This document shows positions 25,301 through 37,579 of a DNA stretch of 64,000 nt, in pieces. The position numbers were made by a program, and so were the translations under genes. The stretch covers positions 21,516,001 through 21,580,000 of the forward strand of contig CM052817.1 of assembly GCA_028534125.1 (NCBI GenBank), read 5' to 3'. This DNA comes from Lama glama. Its lineage: Eukaryota. Position 1 is the stretch's first letter, and every line of letters begins with the position of its first letter. Under the pieces are notes generated by a model. The model was not told the DNA's origin, made no database searches, and saw only the letters and a program-made list of their open reading frames with translations.

Positions 25301-27349
25301 ACGGTCACTTCCTACAGTCATTCCCTCTGTGGCCCAAGTCTTCCCCACACAGCACATCCATGGGAACAGCTCTTTCTTCAGCTTCCAGACTGCTACTCTG
25401 TCATGCAATGGTTCTTTTTCATTAACTGGTTATAGGAGGCCAGGGATTTGTTAGGTGGTGAGGTTTCCCTGCTCTCTGCTTATAGATGTAGTAAAAATGC
25501 ATTTGCATCACTTTTTCCAGAGGTGTGTTCTCACAAGTTATTTATGCTTTTTTTCTCTCATTCCTTCCTGAATGCAAACTATTTTTCTCCTTACCCCTCC
25601 CCATCCATCAACAGGCCTTCCTTATTACCATCAGTATTCAAAATACAAAATGAACAAATAAAGCAAAAAGCAAAAACCCCTAAAAATTAACAGCCAAAAA
25701 ACTCCCCCCTTATTTGGATGGTAGGTGGACCTTTAAATGTAAATATAGATACATTTTTTAAATGTTGACTATGGTTATATTATGTAATGCCACTCTTAAA
25801 ACATGAAACTGTACTATGCCGAACAGTTGTAGAATCAAAATTTTAGATGACATCATTGCATTCTCCATAGCAGTCCCTTAATAGAAAGAGTGTTCGGTGC
25901 CATCTGCCCGAAAATACCCTGTAACCCTTATTTTTGAGTCCTTGGATGATGTATAACTTTGAACTTGGTCATCTGAGTAAAATGTGGATCACAGCAGTCT
26001 GCATTTTCCTGCCTGACTTTGCTTCCTGTATCGATTCACTGTTAAGAGGTTGTAATTCAGTCCCTAGATTTCTCATTACAATTTGTCATATATTATGATT
26101 CATCATCCCTTTGGCACTTGCAAATAATTTATCTTCTATTATTTTATGCTCCCTCAAATGTTCTCTAGTTAAGTCACATATGTCTACAGAGAAACTTTCT
26201 TGAGGTGAGAGACAGTGTTTTCGGATTGATGCCAGGCTAACAGAGCCAGTCACAACGGAACCACCATTTTAGAGAGTGCACGAGGGCTATGTTTAATTTA
26301 TTATTTTGTTCTTAGTTTTTTTTTTTTTTGACAATGTCGACACATGTCCTCTCAGATGAGTAGATGATGCCCGAATGACACAAATTAAGATGATCATAAT
26401 GCTGACCGGAGCTCAGCTTGGTTCATCACCATCTTTGTTCACTTCAATCCCATGAATATGCTGAGTTATGCTCCTTTCAGAACAATATTTAGCCATAAAC
26501 ATAACTGACTAATCATTTTGTCAGACAAAAGTTAAACCAAAAGTAAAATGCAAAATGAATAAAAAAAGTATCAATTGAAAAAATATTTAAAAAATATAAA
26601 GCAAAAACTAAATTGCATTACATAATACACAAAGTTACCAAGGCAATCTATGTAACGATTAAATATTTTTATTCTCTCCTGTATCTCTTATGTGTATTAG
26701 ATTTATTTTATTAAATGAAGACTAGAAACTCAATACAGGAATGGAGAATGGGATAACGAAGTTGGAAATCTTGGCAGAGGCACTTGTCAATACATCGAGA
26801 TATGAACACTAGCACTTTGTTAAGAATTATATAAAAATATACAGTGTATTTAACTGTAATCATTATTTTCCACCCTGCCTAGGAAAAAGACAGCGCTGCA
26901 GTTTTCCAGTAATGACATCTGACAGGAGTAGCAGAATTAACTGCCTGTAGCTTCTAAAATTATGCCTTGTTGTTCCAATGTAGAAAAATCCTCAGTGTGA
27001 TTAACATTTACTGTTTATACTAACAATGCTTAGCTGAGTTCCACTGAAAGCACTAAAGCATTGCTTTAGGAGTGCTCTGTAGAAGATGTTCTTTTTGTTT
27101 TCTTTTCTGAAAAATACTGGACTGTCTACAGTGCACTTACCTTTGAGTTTTTAAATGCAGGTTTGTTTGAGTCTAGTGTGAACTAAATGGCTTGGTGAAT
27201 TGAAGTGGGAAAAAGTTGTTTCCACTTTCTAGGACATTGAAATGGTCCCATCAAATAGTTCCTAAATACATGGATCAAAAAATAAAACGAAACAAAACCA
27301 AAAAACCAATCAGTGCAGTGCCTTAGGTAAAGACTGCACAAAAGGGAAA

Positions 27350-27560
27350 AATGAATTAACATTGGACAAGCATCTTCGTGTGCCAGGCACTTAACAGCTT
27401 CTAGTTCATATAAATCTGAGGATGACTATGTAAGTTAAAGGCAAGCATCTCTATTTTTAAAATAAGGAAAATAAAGCCCCCCCACCAATGTAAGTAACTT
27501 GTCCATTGTCACCCAGTTGATCAATGGCCACTTTTGAACCCAAAATTATCCTTCTGACCA
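27350..27560 (-). mobile_element. MIR SINE
   Basis: gtgccaggcactt...ctatttttaaaataaggaaaataaagc...taagtaacttgtccattgtcacccag...tttgaacccaa. Confidence 0.7.
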
Positions 27561-29619
27561 CAGAGACATTAACTCAGCAGTCATTCCTGTGCCAGCTTGC
27601 CTGTTCCACTCTTAATAAGAGGTAAATGGTTTCCTGCTACATTTGCATTTTTAAGTTGTTTTCCAAATGACCCGAATTTGTGCAAATTCACCTAAGAAGT
27701 ATCATGGGTTTTGTCTCATTCTGCTTAAAGTTTTAAATCCTAAGTTTGCAAACTCAGAATGTAAACCTCCTCTCCTTGTCTTTCCTTCCACTTATTTTGA
27801 GGCTATGACTTGAAATACAAATGCTGTTTGCTATCTTTGGAATAGTACTGTACCCAAAAGTAGCAACACAAAATTCCAGAATGTTCGAGTTGAAAGAGGC
27901 CTCGGAGATCAGTGGATCTGACGCTAAATTTGCATATGAGAAAATTGGAAGCTGAGCCTCCCAGAGGGGAAATGCCTCCCTCACAGTAGGTCTCAGTCTA
28001 GTTACAGACCTAATTAGCCTAAGAACCAGAATGGAAGCTCAGGTCTCCCAGCGCTTACCTTGGTGGTTTTCCCACCGCATTATGAGTAAACCTACAACTG
28101 AAGAGTTATTTTACGGATCCCTTCATATCCTGTACAAGTTTGAAGATCCTGCTCTATTTAATTAAGCTACAACCCTCCTTATATTAATGAACCAAATTTT
28201 ACTAGTTTCTAACTTGGGAATTTAAACGGGAGTATTGAAATGGGGCCTGTATGCGCGTGCGTTTCTCTATTAAAGTAACCTGGTTGTTATGGAAGTCTCA
28301 CTGTTTTTACCAGGCTGAAAATTGACTGGAGTTGATTTCAATGTTATCCATCGAGGCAATATTTTCTTCAATTGATATTTAATTATTGCCACTTGACTTA
28401 TCAATCTCATTGTCCCCAATTGCCCAAATTTATGTAAAACATATTGAACTAGTAGAATGGAAAGAAGCTGTTTTCTGTTACGAAAAGGAAAATAAACCTA
28501 AAATGATTCTCTCTCTGCAGAAGCTAATTCAGGACTATGAGAAATGACTTCATTTTTATGTCGAAACACATTCACCTACTAACGCTTTTGTCCTTTCAGT
28601 GAGGAATAAATTTTTATTCATTTTCCCTACAGATACCAAATTGCTTTTGAAAAAACAAACATTCTTACTGTGCACAATTGAAAATTACTAATTTCTCACT
28701 TACATAGATTTCTTAGAACATCTGATATAGTTTTTTATTCTCTCCATGAGCAATAGCATTGTAAATTGAGCTGTTAAACTGATTCATGCTTAGACCAGCA
28801 AAAAAGGGTAGTGAGTGGCTCTGAATCTTTCATAAATGCTGCAGAAAAGATTTCAGTCTGTGCTTGCCCCAAACCCCTGCTATTTTCTGTCATAATGCAT
28901 CATTACATACTGATGTTTGTTCTTCTGCAAGTCAGCAAAAAAAAAAAAAAAAAAGGATTACTTAGTGTATGTTGGCCCCCTTCCTTGAATTAACTGTGTC
29001 ACTTTTGATTTGTTAAGTTATCAGACCCTATTTCAGGATTTCTTCACATTAGCAGCTGTGGCACAAAAATACACAGTCATCCCCAGAGGTTTGCTACTTT
29101 GTCATTTGCACCCTGAACATTTTAAAATTTTTTGTTCAGATAAGATCAGTTTTAAAGATTATAAAATAATGCTTGAAAGAGAAAGGAATTGATGAGGTAC
29201 CCTATAATGAACCTGTTCTGTGCTGTCACCTTTTTGTAGAAAACCAGTAGGAAGTGAGGTTATTTTACAGACTCACCTATAGGACAAAACAGAAAAAACA
29301 ATTAAGTATGAAATGGCCTTAATTAGTCTATAGTCTGCTAATTCTTTCCATTCTCATTTGTTGGCTAGGTCCAGTGATCATTTTCTCAAATAACCTCATT
29401 AATGAAAAATTCACTGTCAACACGGACAGTTCTGACCATCAGACTCTTTCCCATAGTTGCTCAAATTTTCTATATGTAGTTGGATTCTTAATATCACCTG
29501 GGAATCCTAAATGAAGTACTCATGTAGTGCTAAATGTGTTTGCCTAATAGACTCTGGGTAAGTAGTCTAGTATTTTACTAGTTTAATCTGGAAAAACCCA
29601 ATATAATTTTCTTATTTAA

Positions 29620-29760
29620 ATACATTTATTTATTAAATATTTATTGAGTTACTACTCTGTTTGGCTCTAGGATAAGCCCTGGGAATTTGAAGGAGAATGA
29701 GATACAGTTCTTTTCCTCAAAATATTCATGGTCTTGTGGGAAGGAAAACACGAGTAAGAG
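29620..29760 (-). mobile_element. L2 3' end
   Basis: catttatttattaaatatttattgagttactactctgt...gaatgagatacagttcttttcctcaaaatattcatggtcttgtggg. Confidence 0.7.
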
Positions 29761-31740
29761 TAGAACATACAGCTCAAGGGATTAAGGAGGCTACGGAATG
29801 ACAAAGACTTGAGTCCAAGTCCAGGTTCTGCTACAGACTGCCTAATGATCTGGAAAGTGTGTATGTGTTTGTTTTAGGAAAGATAATGTGTTTAAAGTGC
29901 TTAGCAAGGTTGAACTTAAAAGAGACTGGTGATGAGGAGACCAGTTAAGAGGTTGATGTGAAAATCAACTACGTTACCAAATTTCATGAATGAAAATGAG
30001 AGCATGGACATTTTTGTGACACTGGGCATGGAGAAAACAGGCAAAGTTTAAGTGATATCTTAGGTTGTGTAATATACATAGACTGAAACAAAGTTTTCAA
30101 ATATACCAGCTGGTAATATAAGAAAGTTAAAAGTATCTGTCATTCTGAGGGGTAAAATTTTGAATTTTAGAATGAAATATGTGAGGAGGTTAAAATCAAA
30201 GAAAATAATAGTTTAGGTGCATTGATTATTTGCAAACAATAAATAAGGAAAATACTTCATGAGAAAGAGAGTCAATATTTCAATGGCTATAAGGCAGGTT
30301 TTGGAATAAGTTGGCCTGAAAACATAAGCATTTAAGGCTGTGTATATATCAACTAAGAATTGATACACAAAAACTGAAATTTATTTAACTTTATGGTCAT
30401 GTCATAGTTTTAAAAATTTTAAAGTTTCATTTTTGAGATTAAAAAGCAAATGGATATGTCTATTCTCATTGATCTATTGTGGAGGTATTGAAAAAACACA
30501 CAAATTTAGTATGTCAAGTAGCCTCTACTGGATTCAGGAAGTAACTGGAAGAGATAACCTTTTGAGGTCAGATCTAAGATTCTAACACTTTAATGTCTAA
30601 AAAGCAAATAATTATAAAAATTTTTTTCCTTTACCTCTATATTTCTCTCTCTCTCTTTCTCTAGCTTTCAATCTCACAATTTAACTCAAATTAGTTTCTT
30701 TGTATTAAGCGGAAATCAACTGTTGTCTGATTGAGGATATTATGGACAATCAACGTATGGAAAAAGAAGTGCTTAATATGATTCCTAAGCAATCACACAG
30801 TTTGCTGAAATTGTTTGTATAGGACAGTGACGTGGCCTTTCCGTCTTGATCATGCAGAGGGTCCACTGGTAGGAAATTAAAAGCGAAAAAAAAAAAAGCA
30901 AAAATATCAAATCATTTATGTTCTTGAAAGCTAAAATAATTTCAACTTATACATCATGACAAAGTAAGGCAAGGAAATCTTTAAAAATGTGCTTTTTTTC
31001 CTCTGTAGTGTTCACAACACAAATGCATTTACAAGATGTTAAGTTATATACTCATAAAAATAGTCAGATTGAAGTAAGAAACAGCTTTCTAACATATTTG
31101 ACTCCACTTCCAGGACTAGTGTCGGCACTCCCTAGGACCTTTGTATATTAATTCAGCTATGAACGGTAGTTGGCCTGTCATCATTCAGGTGGGTTTATTG
31201 GGCCGGTGCTGACTGTGCCAGCTACACCAGGGAAATATAGGGACAACCAGTGATTTAGGAGTAGTTTTGCCTGAATAACCTTTCACAGTCCTTCTCAAAA
31301 TTATGATTCAATGCAAATATATGAATTCCTGATTAAAATGGCTTTCAACAATGTGAAATCTGCATGAAATAAAGGAGGAAGATATTTCAACTTGAAAATA
31401 AAACCATTGGAGTTGCAAAATACCTGGTATGCGGTAGTACTCAATAAACGTGTGTTGAAGGAATGACTGAAGAGGTAGTTAGATGGCTAATACTAATGCA
31501 ACACTGAGCCACTTGATAAAAATGTACCAGCGTGGTGGACCATACACCCAATTAGACCTAAAGCACCTACACAATTATTGTGACACTTTACTAGTATGTG
31601 CTTATCCATCTCAAAAATATCCCAAAACACAAACAACAAAACTAATTCAATAACTTTTCCTGACCACATAAGATTCTTTTAATAGTTGACACTTACAGAT
31701 AAGTTTGTAAATCCTGATCAGAGTCACTATATGTATATAC

Positions 31741-32295
31741 TGTATTATTCTATGGCCAGTTTGGTAAAATTGGGAAGTACACATCCCAGGAATCTCTTTC
31801 TTATGTGATTTCAAGTTAGAGTAGATGAATATTTGGGAGACAGAATGAAGAAATAGGATTAGGCTCGAGAGACAGGCATATTGTCTTAGAGAGACAAAGT
31901 GGTACAGATTTTTCTAACTTGTTCCTGCTCTTGCCTGCTCTTCAGCCAACAGTCTGATTCCTGACTGACTTAAGTCACACTAACCAACAGCAGCCCAAGC
32001 CCACCCATGGTTGCTTTGTTACAAAACTCAGAGAGGAGGTAGCAAAACAAGCTAGAACCAATACCGCTCCACAGACTTCTATGCCAGCCACATTTATGTT
32101 GCTACTCTAGAAGCTGGATACATTTAGCTTCAATGTCTCCCTGAAAATTTTACACACTTGTTTTCTCATTTCTCCAGTTCCTATTTTTGGATCAACTTTT
32201 CTGTGAATCTTACATCATTTGTGTAATATGTAATCCCGTTAATAAATAACCTAGTCCATAATTCTTAGGGTAGTTCTTTACCAATTTTATCCAGC
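31741..32295 (+). mobile_element. ERVL-class solo LTR (LTR33-like)
   Basis: aaaattgggaagtacacatcccaggaatctctttcttatgtgatttcaagttagagt...ttgttcctgctcttgcctgctcttcagcc...; polyA signal aataaa near 32241. Confidence 0.5.
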
Positions 32296-32299
32296 CAAA

Positions 32300-32710
32300 G
32301 ACATGGTATCTCCCATCCCTTATGCTCCTCTTCGGTGTTACTTACTAATCCTCTATCAAGTACTGGGGGCTATTTCTCTACTCTCCTGAATCAGGGTTAG
32401 GGAGTAAGGCCCGTGACCCTCATAGAATATGGGGTAAGTGATGAAGTGTTGAGAGCAAGAGATGATCAACCAACCCTGAGTTGCTCCAGGCTTCCTGCCT
32501 GGTCCCAGACATTTGAATTAGTACAGCCAATTCAAGTTTCAGATCATTCCACACCCAACTGCCACTTAATGGCAACTACATGAAATACTTGGAGAAAGAA
32601 TGCTATCTGAACCCAGTCTACACAAAGACCCATTAGAGATAATAAGATATTGCCATTTTAAAATAGATACGGGATTTAATTGTTAATGCAACTTTAGATA
32701 ACAAAGGCAA
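32300..32710 (+). mobile_element. ERVL-MaLR solo LTR (MLT1G/H-like)
   Basis: ctcccatcccttatgctcctctt...atagaatatggggtaagtgatg...cagccaattcaagtttcagat...gcaactacatgaaatac...tgaacccagtc...agagataataag...tagataac. Confidence 0.65.
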
Positions 32711-33944
32711 TTAATTACAAACACTCTCTGCTTTCCTGAAGCCCTGATTTCACCACTGCAGTTCAATGTATAAGGGATTTGGCAGTTGCTAAGTGAAGCT
32801 GAGCAAGCAATTCAAAGTTCAAGAAATGATACATAAGACTTGTTTAATTTTAATAATTCCATTGTGAGTTTATTTTTATATTGTGAGGCCATTTGCTGTA
32901 TGAGATTTACAAGCATTACTCGGACTGCAGTATTCTGCCTAAAACTATTTTTAAAGACACAAGTGACTGAGTCCCACTGTTCCCTCCTTATAGGAAAAAT
33001 ACATTTTGAAAGAGAACATGCACTGCGTACCAAAATTTTGTTATAAAATTCATTTTATATCACCACATTTTATATTATCAAATAACACACAGAAAATGTG
33101 TTGATTTTGCTATCCCTTCTTCATGCATCTTGATTGTTGGAGAAGGCCAGAGAAATGTGTGGACTCAGAAACTTAGGCAGCAGGATTTTTGACCTTTCAG
33201 AAACTACTCAAAAGTCACTTAAAATCACTACTGACAGACAATTCAGATTTCATTGGCACTAAAGGACTTAGGGAACCTTAATGAAGTGGTTATTGGCTGG
33301 AATTTACTTTGGTGATGTTGATTCTTGCATCACTTAGAATTCTGAATCCTTCCTCTGCTTTATCTTTTTTATGTTTACTCTGAGATATAGTACTCCCATA
33401 TGTAAAATAGGTAATATAAAACCTATTTCTAGAGGGGTTTTTTTTCTTTCTTTCTTTCTTTTTTTTTTCTAAAGAATTCTATGCCCGTGAGTATGTTACT
33501 CGGAAAATTCGCCACGACTACTGATTTTTACCTACCCTTTACCTCTTAACTCCCACCATACCTCTGCCCTCCCACTTTTCTGCCTCACTCAAGTTCGTCT
33601 TTTGACCTTTTCTTAATATCTTCAATCAAGATTCTAGTCCACTAAATGCTTAATGCTGTGTCTACTTTTTTTCTGAGAATGAATATGTACTATGTCCTAA
33701 GTTTTCCTTGGCTTTGACCTTTCCTCTGACCTTTCTCCATGTAATAATTCTAGCAAACTAATACAGGGATTAATGATCATTTTTTCTGTTTAATTTCAGC
33801 CATTAATGAGCATATGAGGAAAATTTACTCCCCTTAACATATCCTCATGAACTGAAGTTATTAATATATCTGGCATTGTAATATAACATTATGTTCCATT
33901 CATTCATCCAGTTGCACTTGATATATATATTTATGTGTGTATAT

Positions 33945-33949
<5 letters not shown>

Positions 33950-33975
<26 letters not shown>
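33950..33975. repeat. (TG)n microsatellite
   Basis: Directly visible. Confidence 0.95.
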
Positions 33976-33980
<5 letters not shown>

Positions 33981-35547
33981 ATCCTTATATGCTATAGTCA
34001 GAGAAGATATATTAGTAGATATCTAAATATTGAAACAGCCTTTCTCCATTGTTTTGTACTATTCCACATTCTATTCTACAACTGCTCTCTGCTATTTTCC
34101 CCAAACCTCTTTGATACTTCTTGGAAAAAAAAAAGTTTGACATAACTTCTCTTGGACACTGAATATCCAAAAAAACTCCAGATATACTCCTGAAATACCA
34201 AAATAGGATAGATTAGATTGTTGGTAAATATTCAATCCTTCCCATTTTCAGAGAAGAGTATTTTCCATGGCCCATTAATTTTGTTTTTAATCATGATTTT
34301 CTGTTTGTTTATTTCTGCTTTGGTCTCAAAGGGAACAAAAAGAAGACATTGCTCCTGGCCCTAATTTCTGAAATCTCTGTTACTTTAAAACACCAGTCAT
34401 GCTCTCATTCATGAATCTCCAGGTCAGTTTGGGATCAGTAAATATAGGCTGGCTCATCAGGGGAGCTTGATTCATACTTTACTGGGCTACTTGCCATTTA
34501 TTCATAGCTTTTGTTGCTTAATATTTATCATTAATTCATATTTAAATTAATGTTATGCTTACCATGTATTACTAATTCATACACAATTTTCAATTATAAT
34601 GCTTCAAATTCACATGTATATAAAGCCATTTGATTTTTAATAGCATTCTACAAGTAGTTCATCTCATTTTGAAAGATGCGAAATTATGAATATGCTAACT
34701 TATTTAATTATTCAAAGAGCCAAAAAGAAGATTTGAAAATCATTTCAAGAGATATATTTCTTTTCAAAATTACAACATACTATGTTCATATTTAGAGCCT
34801 GAAAAAGAAGCCCTAGATTTGAGTTGTGTCTTGAAGAATCGGAGTGGTGGACGAATGTATAATATTGTTTTACCTAAATGCTTGGAAAACAGAGGACATA
34901 CAGAATAGTCTAATGATCTACCAAGAATAAATAGAAACATGATTTGAAGTAAAAATAGGCAATCATATGGATGTGAATACAAAATTAAAATTTCACTAAT
35001 ACTGGCATCCAAAGGTAATTTTATTTTTATTGAAATTATGCACATATATGAACTTAATATAAACTGAAATAGTACACAGTGATAGTACCATAGCATATGA
35101 AATTAGGAGCGTATAGATTTTGATGAACAAAGCATGTTGATTTAACCATTCACTTGTTCACTGTTTCATCCAACACATACTGAGTGACTTCCACCCTCTT
35201 CTGGCCACTGTTCCAGGCATATGGAGTCTGTAGCAACAGCCTAGCTAAGATCCCTCGCCTCATGGAGCATATTTTCTAGTGGAATAAAGTGAGTAGATAA
35301 ACTAGATAATATCAGCTACTTAAGTTGCTTTGAATCATTCAGTTTTATAGGCACAAAACTGAGGAATGTGTTTCAATACTGAATCATCTTGATAACTTAA
35401 AAAGAAACAAACACTTAAATTCTATTATTTTCATTATTATGCTGGATTACTAACACATCTTCTAAGTGCAGCAATAATACCTCTGCAACATGCATTAGTT
35501 TTACCAGTGACAGTCTTGTATTTCATCTGGCAAATTTAAATATGTCC

Positions 35548-36030
35548 TTTTTTTAAAATTGAAGTATACTCATTTTACAATGTTGTGTCAATTTCTTGTG
35601 TACAGCATAATGCTTCAGTCACATATACATTCATGTATTTCTTTTCATATTATTTTTCATTATAAGTTGCTAAAAGATATTGAATATATTTCCCTATATT
35701 ATACAGTAGAAACATGTTGTTTATCTGTTTTATATATAGCAGTTAGTGCCTGCAAATTCTGAATGCCCTATTTATTCCTTCCTACCCCTTTTCTCCCCCA
35801 GTGACCATAAGTTTGTTTTCTACTTCTGTGAGTTTGTTTCTGTTTTGTGAATAAGTTAATTTGTGTCTTTTTTTTTTTTTAGCTTCCACATATAAGTGAT
35901 ATCATATGGTATTTTCCTTCTCTTTCTGGCTTACTTCACTTAGTATGACAATTTCCAGGTCCATCCATGTTGCTGCAAATGGCATTATTTTATTTTTTAT
36001 GGTTGAGCAGTATTCCATTGTATATATAAA
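35548..36030 (-). mobile_element. 5'-truncated lineage-specific L1 (end of ORF2 plus 3'UTR)
   Basis: ttttttaaaattgaagtatac...ttccacatataagtgatatcatatggtattttccttctctttctggcttacttcacttagtatg...tccatccatgttgctgcaaatggcattatttt...agtattccattgt. Confidence 0.92.
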
Positions 36031-37467
36031 TAGGCCCATTAAAAAAAAACACACAACACTTAATATCAAAATTTTGCATCTTATGGAATGTACAATAGTG
36101 TTATCAATCTTACATTATATGTAAATACATCTTCTGGGAATTAAGTAATTTCAAATATTCTGTATGGTACAGATATCTATGAGGATGAGAAGATGGAAAG
36201 AGTGTGCACAGGAAAATAAAAATGTTTTTTATTTGCATTTCTGTTTTCAATCTACTTTTATCCTCATTACTTTTGTTAAACTTGAGTTGAGATGCAAGAA
36301 CATTTGGTTTCTTGAAATTGAAAGCACCTTATGCAAAATCATTTTATTACTATTATAAGAAATATCTTTATGCATGTTCTGCACTAAAAAAACAGGGGTT
36401 TGGGGGCTAATAGAAATGTATTAAAGAGCCAAATAAATGCAAATAATATAATTAGAGTTGGAAAAGCCAAGAAGACCAATATAGTAAATGCTTATTTACT
36501 ATATCAAAATGTTCATAAGGTGGGCAAAAATAGACATCCAATTAATTTCACCATCTTAAGTTTATCCCTAAAACTTTGTAAAAAATTATAAATTCATTTA
36601 CATTTAAATAAAATATACTCTTTTATATTCCAAGCAAATAAAAGTTTCCAAACAGATTATCTTCAAGTCTGTTCAGTTACACAAAGTATTTCATTTTTAA
36701 TTCTATGTACAATTTTGATGGAATAATGTCATTTAGTGAACTTTTTTGTAAATACCTGCCTCTGGCAAGAAACAATTTAAAAACAAAGGATGAAATGAAA
36801 TCTTAATATGTGTCACTAATCAACAATGTACACACAGAGTCTGTTTTTGAGAAGAACCGGTACAAGCAGCTTGTTGCCTTAGGAAGACAGCAATCAAACC
36901 TCAAAGAATGTGCATTACTACAATGTAATCAAAAAAACTGCTTGTATCACAAACATTTTAGCTGGACCCCAAAGGTTCAGTTCATCCAAGGACTATGCTA
37001 TGCATGTCCAGATTTATTCTCTTTAAATCTATTTAAACAGCAGTAATTATTCTTTTAATTCCACAGATTGCCTTGCACATGAGCTTTTAATGGTTGGCCT
37101 GTGGTGATTTAAACATTTTTGAGGAAGGGAAAGGGGTAGGAAGCACAAAATATATATAGAGGCTTGGTCTCGAATTCTGTTTAAAATCAGGATTAATTTA
37201 GAGAAAAAGATAAACATAAATCATGTTTTTTTTTAAATTATAGTCAGCAAGAAGCACTCCTAAAATTGTTCCTTTATTCTCTTAAATGATTCATGTGTGT
37301 ATAATCATAAACTTTCAGCACCTTAAACATCACCCACATAGACCCGTTATTTAATAGTTAAAACTTTTTACACTTTTGTAAAGCTACTTTTTGTTGAGAT
37401 AATTAGTGAATATTTTATCAGAAGTCTAGAATCTCAGAAGCTTATGGGACATCCAGAATTAATCTAT

Positions 37468-37579
37468 TAATCAATTATATAATTGATTACTACATATATA
37501 CTTGATTTTTTCCTGCAATTATTAACCATATATATTATATATACATTATAAGGTTAACAATTGCAGAAAAAAATCAAGT
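37468..37579. repeat. Perfect 22-bp palindrome followed by an 80-bp inverted repeat
   Basis: taatcaattatataattgatta (37468-37489) is its own reverse complement; arms 37500-37527 and 37552-37579 pair at 26/28 positions. Confidence 0.92.

Noticed and set aside
27049..27076. Short hairpin agcactaaagca-t-tgctttaggagtgct
   Set aside because: Only 8 contiguous pairs plus a bulged extension; expected by chance in 64 kb.
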